Origin: Muribaculaceae bacterium
GTDB lineage: Bacteria; Bacteroidota; Bacteroidia; Bacteroidales; Muribaculaceae
DNA length: 64,000 nt
Assembly (NCBI GenBank): GCA_017889945.1
Contig: JAGAOW010000059.1
Span: forward strand, 11,083 to 75,082
Reading direction: 5' to 3'
A program made the position numbers and the translations under genes. The notes beneath the pieces were generated by a model, which had not been told where the DNA came from, did not search any database, and saw only the letters and a list, made by a program, of their open reading frames with translations. Positions 48,639 to 59,769 of the stretch are shown here, piece after piece. The stretch's first letter is position 1; every line of letters begins with the position of its first letter.

Positions 48639-49574
48639 ATGAATCAACGAATAATTGATGCCGTTCCGTCAGAACTAATTGAAGCTGAACTTACAAAAGA
48701 ACGCTTTCTGCGAGATACGAACAAGGGCGGCAACGAAATATATATAGTAGACGCCCACAACAGTCCGAATACTATGCGCGAAATCGGACGTCTGCGTGAA
48801 ATCGCGTTCCGACTCGCAGGTGGAGGCACCGGTAAGGAATGTGACATCGATGAATTTGACACAATGGAGCCGCCCTGCCGTCAGCTGATAGTATGGGAAC
48901 CTGAAAGCAAGCTCATACTCGGCGGTTATCGCTATATCTGCGGTCGCGACATCAAGGTCGACGAAGCCGGCCGTCCGAGGATTGCCACAAGCCATATGTT
49001 CAATTTCTCGGAAAAGTTTCTGCACGACTATCTGCCATATACAATCGAACTCGGACGCTCGTTTGTCCGACCCGAATATCAGTCGTCGCGCGCGGGCGCA
49101 AAGGCCATCTATGTGCTCGACAATCTTTGGGACGGTCTGGGCTCGCTGACGGTCATCAACCCTGACATAAAATATCTGTTCGGCAAAGTGACGATGTATC
49201 CGAGCTATTTTCCGACCTGCCGCGACATGATACTTTATTTCATGAACAAGCATTTCCCCGACCGCGATAAACTCGTGACGCCTATTACTCCTTTGAAAAC
49301 TGACACAGACATAGCCAGGATGGAAGAACTTTTTACGGGCGAAGACTTCAAGTCGGATTTTCGTATTCTTAACTCGGAAGTCCATAAATACGGTCTGAGC
49401 ATTCCGCCGCTGGTTAATGCATATATGAGCCTTTCGCCGACAATGCGCATGTTTGGCACGGCCATCAACGATGAGTTTGGCAATGTTGAGGAGTCGGGTA
49501 TTTTTCTTGCGATATCCGAAATACTCGAAGAGAAAAAGCGTCGCCATATCGAGAGCTTTATCGGGCGTCAATAG
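48639..49574 (+). CDS. GNAT N-acyltransferase (glycine-lipid GlsB/OlsB-like)
   Basis: REIGRLREIAF, DIDEFD, GGYR, IELGRSFV, LWDGL and IPPLVNAY. Confidence 0.82.
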   Translation: MNQRIIDAVPSELIEAELTKERFLRDTNKGGNEIYIVDAHNSPNTMREIGRLREIAFRLAGGGTGKECDIDEFDTMEPPCRQLIVWEPESKLILGGYRYICGRDIKVDEAGRPRIATSHMFNFSEKFLHDYLPYTIELGRSFVRPEYQSSRAGAKAIYVLDNLWDGLGSLTVINPDIKYLFGKVTMYPSYFPTCRDMILYFMNKHFPDRDKLVTPITPLKTDTDIARMEELFTGEDFKSDFRILNSEVHKYGLSIPPLVNAYMSLSPTMRMFGTAINDEFGNVEESGIFLAISEILEEKKRRHIESFIGRQ

Positions 49575-49591
49575 GCGGATATTGTAAATAA

Positions 49592-49700
49592 ATTTGCTTT
49601 TGCACTCGACTTATTCGTATCTTTGACCTCGGTCTTAGATACTCTCGCTCGGCAAAATCAAATTTTATTTGCTTTTGCACTCGACTTATTCGTATCTTTG
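49592..49700 (+). repeat. 34-bp perfect direct repeat (75-bp period), each copy a sigma-A promoter
   Basis: atttgcttttgcactcgacttattcgtatctttg at 49592-49625 and 49667-49700; each copy reads TTTG-N21-TATCTTTG. Confidence 0.85.
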
Positions 49701-49722
49701 TATGTTTACAACCGTGACAGCG

Positions 49723-49902
49723 ATGAAAACATCCGTAATATTACGATTTGTCATCCTCGGGCTATTATGGCTCGGGTTAGTCGTATACATAGTAGCAAAT
49801 ACGCCAAAATTCACTTTATACACGGCTTTTGTCATCGTTGCGTCGGCTATTATCATTTTTGTACCTGTGTATAAGAAATATGTCAAAAATGCCAATAAAT
49901 GA
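49723..49902 (+). CDS. Small 2-TM membrane protein (59 aa)
   Basis: Two hydrophobic helices and a basic tail. Overlaps the dxs start. Confidence 0.65.
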   Translation: MKTSVILRFVILGLLWLGLVVYIVANTPKFTLYTAFVIVASAIIIFVPVYKKYVKNANK

Positions 49903-51838
49903 GTCCGACATAAAAACACCGCTTCTTAATACGATTGACTCGCCGGCTGATCTCAGGCGTCTCGAACAGCAGCAGTTGCCCGAACTATGCGCCGAAATCA
50001 GACAGTTTCTTATCAACGCATTGTCGGTCAATCCCGGTCATTTCGCCTCAAGCATGGGGGCTGTGGAGCTTACGGTAGCGCTTCACTATGTGTTCAACAC
50101 ACCATATGACCGCATTGTGTGGGATGTCGGCCATCAGGCTTATGCCCACAAGATACTGACAGGCCGTCGCGAAGCTTTTGCCAATAATCGCAAGCTCGGC
50201 GGGCTCAGCGGTTTCCCAAACCCTGACGAAAGTCCTTATGATACTTTCGCTGCGGGTCATGCTTCGAATTCGATTTCGGCAGCCCTCGGCATGGCAGTGG
50301 CGAGCAAACTCAACGGCGATTCGCCGCGGCGGAACGTGGTGGCTGTTATCGGCGACGCATCAATAAGCGGCGGACTTGCATTCGAAGGCATCAACAATGC
50401 AGCTAATACGCCGAACAACCTGCTTATTATCCTCAACGACAATGATATGTCGATTGACCGTAATGTCGGTTCGCTTAATTCATACTTGGCGCACATCACG
50501 ACGTCTAAGACTTATAATGATTTGCGTTACAAGGCGTTCCGCGCGCTTGCGAAGTTCGGCATGATTTCCGACAAAAGCCGCGGGTCAATCATGCGTTTCA
50601 ACAACAGCATAAAATCGCTTGTCGCTCATCAGCAAAATATTTTCGAAGGCCTGAATATACGTTATTTCGGTCCGTTTGACGGTCACGACATATCGGCTAT
50701 CATTCGCGTGCTCAATGATATACGCGATATGGAAGGCCCGCGGATACTGCATCTGCGCACAGTCAAAGGTAAGGGCTATGCACCCGCCGAGAAAGATCCG
50801 GCACATTGGCATGCACCGGGCAAATTCGACCCGGCGACCGGGCAGCGAAGTGAAACACAGACAGCAGAAGGCAAACCGATTAAATTTCAGGACGTGTTCG
50901 GCAACACTCTGCTTGAACTTGCGCGCGAAAATAAAGATATTGTGGCAATTACAGCCGCCATGTTGTCGGGAACATCCACCTCGACGATGCAGAAGGAAAT
51001 ACCTGAACGTGTCTTCGATGTCGGCATATCGGAAGGACATGCCGTCACGTTTGCCGGCGGTCTCGCCAAGGAGGGCAAACAGCCCTTCGTGGCAATATAT
51101 TCGAGTTTCCTGCAGCGCGGTTATGACCATATGATACATGATGTGGCCCTTAACCGTCGCCGTGTCACTTTCTGCATCGACCGTGCGGGCCTTGTCGGCG
51201 AAGACGGTCCGACCCATCACGGAGCATTCGATCTCGCATATCTGCGCTCTATTCCCGGCATGACCATCGCCGCTCCCCGCGACGAACATATGCTGCGTCA
51301 CTTGATGTACACCGCTCAGTCGGTCGACTGCGGACCTATGGCAATCCGATATCCGCGTGGCCGCGGTTTCATTCCAAACTGGCAGTGCGCCATGTGTCAG
51401 CTCCCCATAGGAAAAGGCGAGCGACTGACCGAAGGACGAGATGTAGCCGTAGTTACTATCGGCACTACTGCCCATGCAGCTGCCGAGGCTGTGGCGAGAG
51501 CTGCTGCAGAAGGAATTTCCGCGGCTCATTACGATATAATCTTCCTCAAACCTCTCGACACGGAAATGCTAAGTGAAATAGCATCACGGGGAATGGATAT
51601 CATTACCGTCGAAGACGGAACTGTCAACGGCGGTCTCGGCAGTGCAGTCGCCGAGTGGCTCGAGGACAGTCGTCATTCTGATATACGCCTGACGCGCCTT
51701 GGCCTTCCCGATAAATTCATTTCACAGGGTACGCCTGCTCAACTCGCGGCTATATGCGGCATCGACGCTGATTCAATATATCGGACAATCAAGGAATCAA
51801 TAGAGATGAAAGCCCGGACTAAAACCGACATGTTATGA
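49880..51838 (+). CDS. dxs: 1-deoxy-D-xylulose-5-phosphate synthase
   Basis: [24 protein letters not shown] and DGPTHHG. Start may be 49880 or 49889. Confidence 0.96.
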   Translation: MSKMPINESDIKTPLLNTIDSPADLRRLEQQQLPELCAEIRQFLINALSVNPGHFASSMGAVELTVALHYVFNTPYDRIVWDVGHQAYAHKILTGRREAFANNRKLGGLSGFPNPDESPYDTFAAGHASNSISAALGMAVASKLNGDSPRRNVVAVIGDASISGGLAFEGINNAANTPNNLLIILNDNDMSIDRNVGSLNSYLAHITTSKTYNDLRYKAFRALAKFGMISDKSRGSIMRFNNSIKSLVAHQQNIFEGLNIRYFGPFDGHDISAIIRVLNDIRDMEGPRILHLRTVKGKGYAPAEKDPAHWHAPGKFDPATGQRSETQTAEGKPIKFQDVFGNTLLELARENKDIVAITAAMLSGTSTSTMQKEIPERVFDVGISEGHAVTFAGGLAKEGKQPFVAIYSSFLQRGYDHMIHDVALNRRRVTFCIDRAGLVGEDGPTHHGAFDLAYLRSIPGMTIAAPRDEHMLRHLMYTAQSVDCGPMAIRYPRGRGFIPNWQCAMCQLPIGKGERLTEGRDVAVVTIGTTAHAAAEAVARAAAEGISAAHYDIIFLKPLDTEMLSEIASRGMDIITVEDGTVNGGLGSAVAEWLEDSRHSDIRLTRLGLPDKFISQGTPAQLAAICGIDADSIYRTIKESIEMKARTKTDML

Positions 51839-53169
51839 AAATAGTAATCGCCGGAGCCGGCGAAGTCGGTTCCCATCTTGCCAAATTACTCTCAAATGAG
51901 AATCAGGATATTATTCTGATAGACGAAAACGCCGACAAACTTGCGGCGCTCGATGCGGCCTACAATATCATGACTATCGTAGGCTGTCCGACAACGTTCG
52001 GCACTCTGCGCGAGACCAATGTCGGGTCGGCCGACCTTTTCATCGCCGTGACGCCTTATGAGACTGACAATGTAGTCGCTTGCTCCATGGCCAAAAGTCT
52101 CGGAGTGAAAACTACCGTTGCCCGCATCGCCAACTACGATTATATGAATCCGGCCAACCGAGAGATGGTTAGGCGCATGGGCGTAGACCGACTGATTTAT
52201 CCGGAGTATCTTGCCGCTCTCGAAATTATTACAGCCTTGGAACACTCCTGGGTGCGTCATTGGTTTGAACTTCATGAGGGGCAGATTATACTCGTAGGTG
52301 TGCGCATTCATGATTCTGCCCCTATAGCAGGTATGCAGCTAAAGGACTTTGCGAACACCAACCATCACTTCCACGTTTCGGCAATCAAACGCAACGATGA
52401 ATCTATCATCCCGCGTGGCGACGATTATATTCGCAACGGCGACATTCTTTATATAACTACAACCCGTGATCACGTCCATGATCTGCTTGACCTTACCGGT
52501 AAAGTCAACCACCGCATAAAGCGTGTTCTGATAATGGGCGGCAGCAAGATTGCCGTGCGCCTTGCCAACATGGTCGGCAATGATTTCAAATTCCGCATAA
52601 TCGACAACGATATAAAGCGTTGTCATGCTCTTCCGGCAAAATGTGAAGATTGTGACATCATATACGGCGATGCGCGCGATCCCGAACTTCTTTCCGAACT
52701 CGGCATAGATGAGACAGATGCGTTTATCGCTCTTACAGGCAGTTCGGAGACCAATATTCTCTCCTGTCTCACGGCCAAGGAGCATGGTGTGAAAAAAACT
52801 ATTGCCGAAGTCGAAAACATCCAGTTCATTTCGCAGGCCGAAGGTCTCAATATCGGAACTGTCATCAACAAGAAATTGCTTGCGTCGAGTTCAATATTTC
52901 AAATGCTTCTCGACAGCGACTCGTCGACTTCGAAGTGTCTCGCACTGACAGATGCCGAGGTCGCAGAACTTGAGGCCCGACCGGGCTCAAAGATAACGAA
53001 AGCGCCGGTCCGTCAACTAAATCTGTCGCGCAACATGACCCTCGCAGGTCTGATTCGCAACGGACAAGGGATGCTTATTTCCGGCAACACACAAATACAA
53101 CCCGGCGATCATGTCCTGGTTTTCTGTCTGTTAGGGTCTATCCACAAAGTGGAACGTTTATTTAATTAA
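51835..53169 (+). CDS. trkA: Trk potassium uptake regulatory subunit
   Basis: Two RCK_N/RCK_C pairs; IAGAGEVG. Confidence 0.93.
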   Translation: MKIVIAGAGEVGSHLAKLLSNENQDIILIDENADKLAALDAAYNIMTIVGCPTTFGTLRETNVGSADLFIAVTPYETDNVVACSMAKSLGVKTTVARIANYDYMNPANREMVRRMGVDRLIYPEYLAALEIITALEHSWVRHWFELHEGQIILVGVRIHDSAPIAGMQLKDFANTNHHFHVSAIKRNDESIIPRGDDYIRNGDILYITTTRDHVHDLLDLTGKVNHRIKRVLIMGGSKIAVRLANMVGNDFKFRIIDNDIKRCHALPAKCEDCDIIYGDARDPELLSELGIDETDAFIALTGSSETNILSCLTAKEHGVKKTIAEVENIQFISQAEGLNIGTVINKKLLASSSIFQMLLDSDSSTSKCLALTDAEVAELEARPGSKITKAPVRQLNLSRNMTLAGLIRNGQGMLISGNTQIQPGDHVLVFCLLGSIHKVERLFN

Positions 53170-53177
53170 ACTGCAGC

Positions 53178-54653
53178 ATGATACGCGCCGAGAAGCCATT
53201 GATTAATATTGCCCAGCTTTTACGCATCATTGGTCTGCTGATGATTTTTGAGGCTTTCTTTCTCATTATTCCTACGCTGACCTGTGTTTACTATGGAGAA
53301 AAAGACTGGATACCTTTCGGCGGAACAACAATTCTAACGGCAGTCATAGGCATTCTGATGCTTTCCAGAATCAGACCCCGCACAGGCCACATGAGTAAGC
53401 GCGACGGCTTTCTTCTCACGGCGCTCGTATGGATTGTATTCTCTATTTTCGGCATGCTGCCGTTCCTGACCTGCTCGACGCCGCTATCTATCAGTGATGC
53501 TTTTTTTGAATCAATGTCAGGTTTCACGACCACAGGTGCGTCGGTTCTCGACAATGTTTCGGGAATGAGCCATGGTATATTGCTATGGCGTGCGATGATG
53601 CAATGGATTGGTGGTATGGGTATTATCCTCTTCACTCTCGCGGTAGTCCCGATGCTTAACCATTCGGGTGGCATGCAGATGTTCAACGCCGAAGTAACCG
53701 GTATCACTCACGACAAGATACGTCCGCGCATCAGTCAGACCGCAAAGAGTCTGTGGACCGTATATTTAACTCTGACGGTTATTCTGGTCTTGCTGTTATG
53801 GGCCGGGCCGATGGATTTTTTTGACAGCATATGTCACGCTTTCGGCGCGATTTCAACCGGCGGCTTCTCAACCGAATCGTTCGGCATCGTAGCTTATCAT
53901 TCCGATTATGTCAAAATAGTGTTGACAATCTTCATGTTTATCGGCGGTGTCAACTTTGCCCTTATATACAAGACCGTATCGGGCAACACACGCGCCATAA
54001 GGCACAATGATGTGTTGCGGGCATATGTCATGACTATTGCGATATACTATGTGCTCTTCGCCATAACAATCATCTCACGCGGACAATGCAATTCATGGCA
54101 GGACATCACTATAAACCCGATTTTCCAGATTGTATCTACTATAACATCTACGGGCTACTCATCGGTTAACTATGAAGCATGGGGCCCGTTTGTGCTTGCT
54201 CTGATGTTTGTGTTGATGTTCACGGGAGCTTGTGCCGGTTCGACAAGCGGCGGTGCGAAAATCGACCGTATGCTTTATCTGATCAAGAATTGCCGAAACG
54301 AAATATATCGCTGCATACACCCCAACGCAATTCTCTCGGTGCGCATCAACGGCAATGTTATCAATCCTGACATTGTCAGCAAGGTTATTGCGTTTCTCTG
54401 CATCTATATGCTCCTTATTGTCGCCGGCGGACTGACTCTTTCTGCTCTTGACGTACCCCTGATAGATTCGTTTTTCTCCGCTTTTTCTTGCATCTCCAAT
54501 ACAGGTCTCGGAGCAGGTGTGACCGGTTACGGTAGTTCTTATGAAATTTTACCCGATGCGGCCAAGTGGGTTCTGTCATTGCTGATGCTGATTGGCCGTC
54601 TCGAAATCTTTACGGTTCTTCTTCTGTTCACTCGCGTTTTTTGGCGCAAGTAA
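53178..54653 (+). CDS. trkH: Trk potassium uptake membrane subunit
   Basis: SGFTTTGA, WIGGMG, STGGF, AGSTSGG and GRLE. Confidence 0.93.
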   Translation: MIRAEKPLINIAQLLRIIGLLMIFEAFFLIIPTLTCVYYGEKDWIPFGGTTILTAVIGILMLSRIRPRTGHMSKRDGFLLTALVWIVFSIFGMLPFLTCSTPLSISDAFFESMSGFTTTGASVLDNVSGMSHGILLWRAMMQWIGGMGIILFTLAVVPMLNHSGGMQMFNAEVTGITHDKIRPRISQTAKSLWTVYLTLTVILVLLLWAGPMDFFDSICHAFGAISTGGFSTESFGIVAYHSDYVKIVLTIFMFIGGVNFALIYKTVSGNTRAIRHNDVLRAYVMTIAIYYVLFAITIISRGQCNSWQDITINPIFQIVSTITSTGYSSVNYEAWGPFVLALMFVLMFTGACAGSTSGGAKIDRMLYLIKNCRNEIYRCIHPNAILSVRINGNVINPDIVSKVIAFLCIYMLLIVAGGLTLSALDVPLIDSFFSAFSCISNTGLGAGVTGYGSSYEILPDAAKWVLSLLMLIGRLEIFTVLLLFTRVFWRK

Positions 54654-54661
54654 AGACAAAT

Positions 54662-55270
54662 TTAATTAGCTAAAACATTTCGCGGGAAAAAACGCCATGC
54701 GCGATAATCTTCGCCCATACGGCGAACGAATTTGTGCCAGTAAGCATCGGCATCGCCACTTAATAATATTGATAAATCGGTCGGTGCATCTGTTACCGCC
54801 CATGTGTCATTGTCAAGTTCTGCTTCGAGCTGACCGCTGTCCCAGCCGCTATAGCCGATGAAAAAACGCAGCACTCCCTCGGTCGGATAACCCGAGTTGA
54901 CATAATCGATAGCTTCGTCGAAATCGCCGCCGAGATACAGACCAGGAGCAAATTCTCTCGCTCCCGAAAAGACTTTGTCGCCGAGTGTATGCATGAATAC
55001 CATTCTGTCCTGGCCGATCGGACCGCCACAGTAAACAGGTACGTCTGCTTTCTCATCCACTCCGTCTACAAAAGCGTCAAGCCGATGTTGTGTCTGATTG
55101 TTCATTACCAGACCAAGCGCGCCGTCGTCAGCATAGTCGACAAGAGTGATTACTCCATGGTTGAAATATGATTCGCTGAGAAAAGGTTCGGCTACAAGCA
55201 TAGAGCCCGGAGCTATGGCTGTCGGCGTTACAGTCCGTATTTTCAATATCGATGTCGACAAGTCCTTCAT
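54662..55270 (-). CDS. YqgE/AlgH family protein
   Basis: LVAEPFL, GLVMN, GGP and FFIGYSGW...QLEAE. Confidence 0.9.
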   Translation of the reverse strand: MKDLSTSILKIRTVTPTAIAPGSMLVAEPFLSESYFNHGVITLVDYADDGALGLVMNNQTQHRLDAFVDGVDEKADVPVYCGGPIGQDRMVFMHTLGDKVFSGAREFAPGLYLGGDFDEAIDYVNSGYPTEGVLRFFIGYSGWDSGQLEAELDNDTWAVTDAPTDLSILLSGDADAYWHKFVRRMGEDYRAWRFFPRNVLAN

Positions 55271-55374
55271 TTCACTACAGATAAAGTTGAACAAAATTAA
55301 AACATCCCTTTTATTCTTCAACAAACGATATGCGACAATTGATTATACGCCTGACAAAAAATCATATATTAAGG

Positions 55375-55956
55375 TTATAATATGCCGACCGAGCGCAACA
55401 TTGTTTCATAATAAGCGGCTTTTATCTCAAGCTTCATGGGAAATGCACGACTCGTCGACGGCATACGCCATATTTGTAATCCGTCCGGCGAAACCACCAT
55501 CTTACCCATGGCCGGCATGGGCGTGGACGTAAGATCAGCTACAACTCTGGCTGCTTTCTCGCCGGTAGTCGCCACCGCGTGACAATCGGGCATCTTGGCA
55601 AGCAAGCCTGCGAGATTGACCGGCTCGACTATTTCGAGAAATTTGTCTGACGCATTGCCTTTCAGGCGTCTTACGCACTGTGCAGTGTCGTTAAGCGCAA
55701 TGTGTTTCTCTGTCATCAGCTTGCGGATTGCGTCAAGATTGAAGCATCTCGCCGACATATCGTAGAGTGCGTTACGGTCGCCGCAGAACAGAAGTCCCAT
55801 GATGCGCCAAAAGTCATTTGTCGGGTTGGGATAATAAAAATCCATGCTCCACCGATGAGTCCCGGGCGGGAATGTTCCCATAATCAATATTTTTGCTCCT
55901 TGTGGCATAAACGGTTCCCATGGATGCCGTTCTATTTCAATTTCATTCTGTTCCAT
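55375..55956 (-). CDS. Uracil-DNA glycosylase superfamily (MUG-like) protein
   Basis: GTFPP, FYYPN...FW and MPSTSRA. Confidence 0.82.
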   Translation of the reverse strand: MEQNEIEIERHPWEPFMPQGAKILIMGTFPPGTHRWSMDFYYPNPTNDFWRIMGLLFCGDRNALYDMSARCFNLDAIRKLMTEKHIALNDTAQCVRRLKGNASDKFLEIVEPVNLAGLLAKMPDCHAVATTGEKAARVVADLTSTPMPAMGKMVVSPDGLQIWRMPSTSRAFPMKLEIKAAYYETMLRSVGIL

Positions 55957-56026
55957 ATCTATTATAACGGTATAACGAGATCCGCGTTCAAATCTATTAT
56001 AACGGTATAACGAGATCCGCGTTCAA
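55957..56026. repeat. Perfect 35-bp tandem duplication
   Basis: atctattataacggtataacgagatccgcgttcaa twice, head to tail. Confidence 0.9.
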
Positions 56027-56122
56027 AGATTGCATTAATAAATCATATCCGTGTATAAGTTTCGTATAAGATTTTTTTGACAGAGTAGGGAACTCATGAA
56101 TGCAGACGGTTGTTAGTATTTC

Positions 56123-57475
56123 ATGGTTCAACATCAGTCAGATAATAAAGATAGTGCGGACCCAAAAAAGCTATTTTTTTTACCGCATGCTTCCGACAAG
56201 GTAAGGCTTATTACGCTTTCGGTTGTGATAGGTATATCTGCCGGTCTGGCGGCAGCTTTCCTTAAATGGATTATCGGCGAAGTGAGCCTGTTGCTTCATC
56301 CGCTTGGCCTCGGCAGCGGCCCTGATTGGAATATGCTGTGGATTCCGGTTGCGGGCATAGTCCTGACGGGAATCTATCAGCGCTATGTGTTGCGTGACAA
56401 TATTTCTCACGGGGTTGACAAACTCGTCGACGACCTTGCCGATAAGCGTTACTCACTCAGCCGAAAGCTGATGTATGCGCCGATAATTGCAAGCACTTTT
56501 ACGCTCGGTTTTGGCGGCTTGGCGGGTTCTGAAGGGCCTATTGCTTACTCGGGCGCGGCTATAGGCAGTAATATAGGACGCTGTTGCGGTGTTTCGCGTC
56601 AGCAGTTGTATATTCTGATAGGCTGCGGTTCTGCGGCCGGTATTGCCGGAATATTCAAAGCTCCTGTCGGAGGCGCTCTTTTTGCGTTGGAAGTGTTAGG
56701 TATGGCATTTACGACAGTCTCCGTAATTGCCCTTTTTGCCGCTACGATAAGCGCGGCGCTGACAGCCTATGCACTTACCGGTTTCACGATGGACCTGACG
56801 TGGACGCAAAATATTGCTTTCGACTTCAGGATAATGCCATATATAATAGGATTAGGGGTGTTTACGGGATTGTATTCGGTCTACTACTCATATGTTATGG
56901 GCCGGATGCGAAAGGTTTACGAAGCTATCCCAAATCCGTGGATAAGAAATATATCATCGGGCCTTGTCTTGGCTCTGATGATTTTCATTTTTCCTACTCT
57001 CTACGGCGAGGGCTACGGCACACTCAACAGGGTGCTTGATCTGGAATACACCGTGCCATTCGCGCATTCACTTCTGTCGGGTGTAGGTGGCGGTAAGTTG
57101 TGGCTTTTGCTTGTGCTTGGCGGCATACTTGTGACTAAATGCTTTGCATGCTCGGCTTCAAATAGCGGCGGTGGTGTGGCAGGCGATTTCGCGCCGACTT
57201 TGTTTGCGGGCGGAATTGCCGGTGCATTTTTTGCGTTGGCGGTCAATGCGCTGTGGGACGCAGAACTACCGGTGCAGGTCTTTGCTTATGTCGGCATGGC
57301 CGGAGTGATGTCGGGAGTGATACGAGCACCGTTGATGGCGCTGGTCCTGACTGCCGAGATGTGTAACGGATTCGACTATTTCATGCCATTGGTTACAGTC
57401 GTGCTCATTTCCTACGGGATGGTAATGGCAGTAACGCACACCAAATTCTATCTGCCGAAAAAGTACAGACATTAA
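56123..57475 (+). CDS. ClC chloride channel family protein (no CBS domains)
   Basis: GSEGP, FKAPVGG, GDFAP and RAPL motifs. Confidence 0.9.
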   Translation: MVQHQSDNKDSADPKKLFFLPHASDKVRLITLSVVIGISAGLAAAFLKWIIGEVSLLLHPLGLGSGPDWNMLWIPVAGIVLTGIYQRYVLRDNISHGVDKLVDDLADKRYSLSRKLMYAPIIASTFTLGFGGLAGSEGPIAYSGAAIGSNIGRCCGVSRQQLYILIGCGSAAGIAGIFKAPVGGALFALEVLGMAFTTVSVIALFAATISAALTAYALTGFTMDLTWTQNIAFDFRIMPYIIGLGVFTGLYSVYYSYVMGRMRKVYEAIPNPWIRNISSGLVLALMIFIFPTLYGEGYGTLNRVLDLEYTVPFAHSLLSGVGGGKLWLLLVLGGILVTKCFACSASNSGGGVAGDFAPTLFAGGIAGAFFALAVNALWDAELPVQVFAYVGMAGVMSGVIRAPLMALVLTAEMCNGFDYFMPLVTVVLISYGMVMAVTHTKFYLPKKYRH

Positions 57476-57484
57476 GAGCCGGCT

Positions 57485-57853
57485 CTAATATGTTCGCAGA
57501 AGCGGCTGAATTGCGTCAGGTATGTGTTCGATTGTATAGTCGGACTCATTGCCGTTTATGGCGATAATGTCGAACTGTATCTCATGATGGATATCGTTGA
57601 TTTCGACATAGGCCAAAGCGGCTCTTACGAGGCGATGTATCTTGCGTTTGTCGATGGCATCGAGCGGATCTTCATCATCGTTGCTTCGGGTCTTGACTTC
57701 GACAAAGACTATGTGAGTGTCTTTGTATGCAATGATGTCGAGTTCGTAGTGGCCTGAACGCCAGTTGCATTGCGCTATGACATATCCCTGTTTGACAAGA
57801 TAGTCGGCAGCAAGCTGTTCGCCCCAACGGCCTACGTCATTGTGCTTTGCCAT
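57485..57853 (-). CDS. YraN family (UPF0102) protein
   Basis: GRWGE, ELDII, FVEVKTR and FDII. Confidence 0.9.
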   Translation of the reverse strand: MAKHNDVGRWGEQLAADYLVKQGYVIAQCNWRSGHYELDIIAYKDTHIVFVEVKTRSNDDEDPLDAIDKRKIHRLVRAALAYVEINDIHHEIQFDIIAINGNESDYTIEHIPDAIQPLLRTY

Positions 57854-57856
57854 AAG

Positions 57857-58480
57857 TCATTGTTGATCAGAGTTCCCGTATTGCTTCAGATATTCTTCGC
57901 AAGCCAGACACAGCTCGTCGTACCATTCGCGTCCAAACCGACGAACAAGCGGACCTTCAAGGAATTTGTACAATCTGATGCCCTTCGACCTGCCGAGAAT
58001 CTCAGCGCATTTGCATATTTTCCAGCGATGGTAATTTACGGCAGTGAAAGTCGGATATTCGGTCAGCCGGAGAGGGTAGAGGTGGCAGGATATGGGCTTT
58101 AGAAAATCGATTTTGCCTTCACGGCAAGCTTTTTCGATTGCGCAGTGACACATGCCGCCTTTGCCATATGTCGTAAATACGCAATTGCGGCCATCGACTA
58201 TGGATGTAACCAAATCGCCTTCCTCGTCGATATATGCGACACCGCTGCGTTTGATTTCTTCTTGTGCGGCAGGCAACAGGTCGTCCCAAATGACAGGAAG
58301 TATGCGTTCGATTTCGCGGCGCTCGTCCTCTGTTATAGGTGCTCCTGCATCGCCTTCGATACAACATTCGCCGAGACATGAATTGAGGTCGCAGCAAAAA
58401 AATCGTTCAGCTGAATCGAGGCTAACCAATGTATTGTCAATCTGTAGCATAAATTCTTCTGTTTCTTCAAATTTCGGCAT
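57857..58480 (-). CDS. DUF3109 family Cys-rich protein
   Basis: FCCDLNSCLGECCIEGDAGAP and KPISCHLYP. Confidence 0.85.
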   Translation of the reverse strand: MPKFEETEEFMLQIDNTLVSLDSAERFFCCDLNSCLGECCIEGDAGAPITEDERREIERILPVIWDDLLPAAQEEIKRSGVAYIDEEGDLVTSIVDGRNCVFTTYGKGGMCHCAIEKACREGKIDFLKPISCHLYPLRLTEYPTFTAVNYHRWKICKCAEILGRSKGIRLYKFLEGPLVRRFGREWYDELCLACEEYLKQYGNSDQQ

Positions 58481-58497
58481 AACTTAATCATCGGGTT

Positions 58498-59769
58498 TCA
58501 TCGGTCGGACACAATGCGGCTGACTCCGACAAGTCGGTCGTAGCGAGCTCCCGGACGGCGGGCATATACTTTGATAAGATATTCATTGACAGTCTGATAT
58601 CTGTCGCCTTCTATGTGCGAGGTGTATCCTCTGTTTTTGCCCGGAGGAACGGCGAGATACTGATAGTTGTAAGAGCCTTGTTTAAGCAGCATAGCCTTCT
58701 CGTAGCGACCGGTGTAGTTGTTGAAAATCATACGCGATGATTCATCGAAGCGCCTGTTGGTCAGGTCTCCGTCGATAAAAATCATCAAATCGGGCGTCTC
58801 GGGATAATCAAGCGTGAAATGCACCACGACATAGTCGGCATTGGTGTCGGCATAGTCAGAATCATATTCGCGTATTTTGAAGCGCCCGTTCTGAGTGCTG
58901 TCATAAAGGTAGGCCTCCTTTGCGCGGGACATGTCCGTCGTTATGTTGGCGTGATAATATGGGTCGAGATATTGTACCGATTCTATCCTCATGCCAGGAT
59001 AGTCGAGCGAAACAGTTTCAAATCTGCGATATTCGTTTCCAGCCTCGAAAATCAGAGGGGCGAGATGGTCATAGACAGCAGTTCGACCCGACATTCTGAG
59101 CGGATGCTGCAGGGCTATTTCATTGTCGAACCGCCCATTCTGCTGAATCATAATTTTGAGGTCGTTGAAGGGGTCGATGTCGTCGAGCCGTTCGGTGTTG
59201 ACTTCGATGCTAAGTTGTTGATGAGCGTTGTTATAGTCAATGTCAGTGCGCGATGTTAGAGCAGCGTCGATACCGACTTTTTGTTCGCTGACCATAAACC
59301 GCCATTGAGCAAGGGTCTTCGACGGATCGTTTTCATCATAGATCTGAACGAGATAATTGCCCGAAATCAGCGGATACATGTTGCCGGAAGGCACTGTGAA
59401 GCGATAGTTTACATAGTTGACGGTCGTTCCGCGCGAGAACTCGAAGTCGTCGATAACAGCTTCGTTGAAACCGTTCAGGTATTCTGATTCAACCATCGGA
59501 GACGGTTGCCAATCTGCATTGCAATGTACGAGACGATATCTCAGATATGAACGGTCGTCGGAAAGCTGGTCGAATGAAAAAGTCAGCACATCGTCAGAAC
59601 CGAGCACAATTACAGGCGGTGCAAAAATATCGCCCCTCAGATTGACCTGCATAGTGCGTATATGCTCATCAAAAGCCCCGGTCATCGTATCAGCCGGAGG
59701 CTCGGCAGACATAATCGCCGCAACTGATAATAATACGCCGCTAATAAGTAATTTAAATCTTGCGCGCAT
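58498..59769 (-). CDS. DUF5103 / T9SS-associated periplasmic protein
   Basis: True start is ATG 59769 (TAATG overlap with ung). Signal peptide, HCNADW, SGNY, AGNEYR and LKQGSYNY. Confidence 0.8.
   Translation of the reverse strand: MRARFKLLISGVLLSVAAIMSAEPPADTMTGAFDEHIRTMQVNLRGDIFAPPVIVLGSDDVLTFSFDQLSDDRSYLRYRLVHCNADWQPSPMVESEYLNGFNEAVIDDFEFSRGTTVNYVNYRFTVPSGNMYPLISGNYLVQIYDENDPSKTLAQWRFMVSEQKVGIDAALTSRTDIDYNNAHQQLSIEVNTERLDDIDPFNDLKIMIQQNGRFDNEIALQHPLRMSGRTAVYDHLAPLIFEAGNEYRRFETVSLDYPGMRIESVQYLDPYYHANITTDMSRAKEAYLYDSTQNGRFKIREYDSDYADTNADYVVVHFTLDYPETPDLMIFIDGDLTNRRFDESSRMIFNNYTGRYEKAMLLKQGSYNYQYLAVPPGKNRGYTSHIEGDRYQTVNEYLIKVYARRPGARYDRLVGVSRIVSDR

Noticed and set aside
49592-56026. CRISPR arrays at the 34-bp and 35-bp repeats
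   Set aside because: Only two copies each. One pair has no spacer and the other matches a promoter consensus. No cas genes are present.
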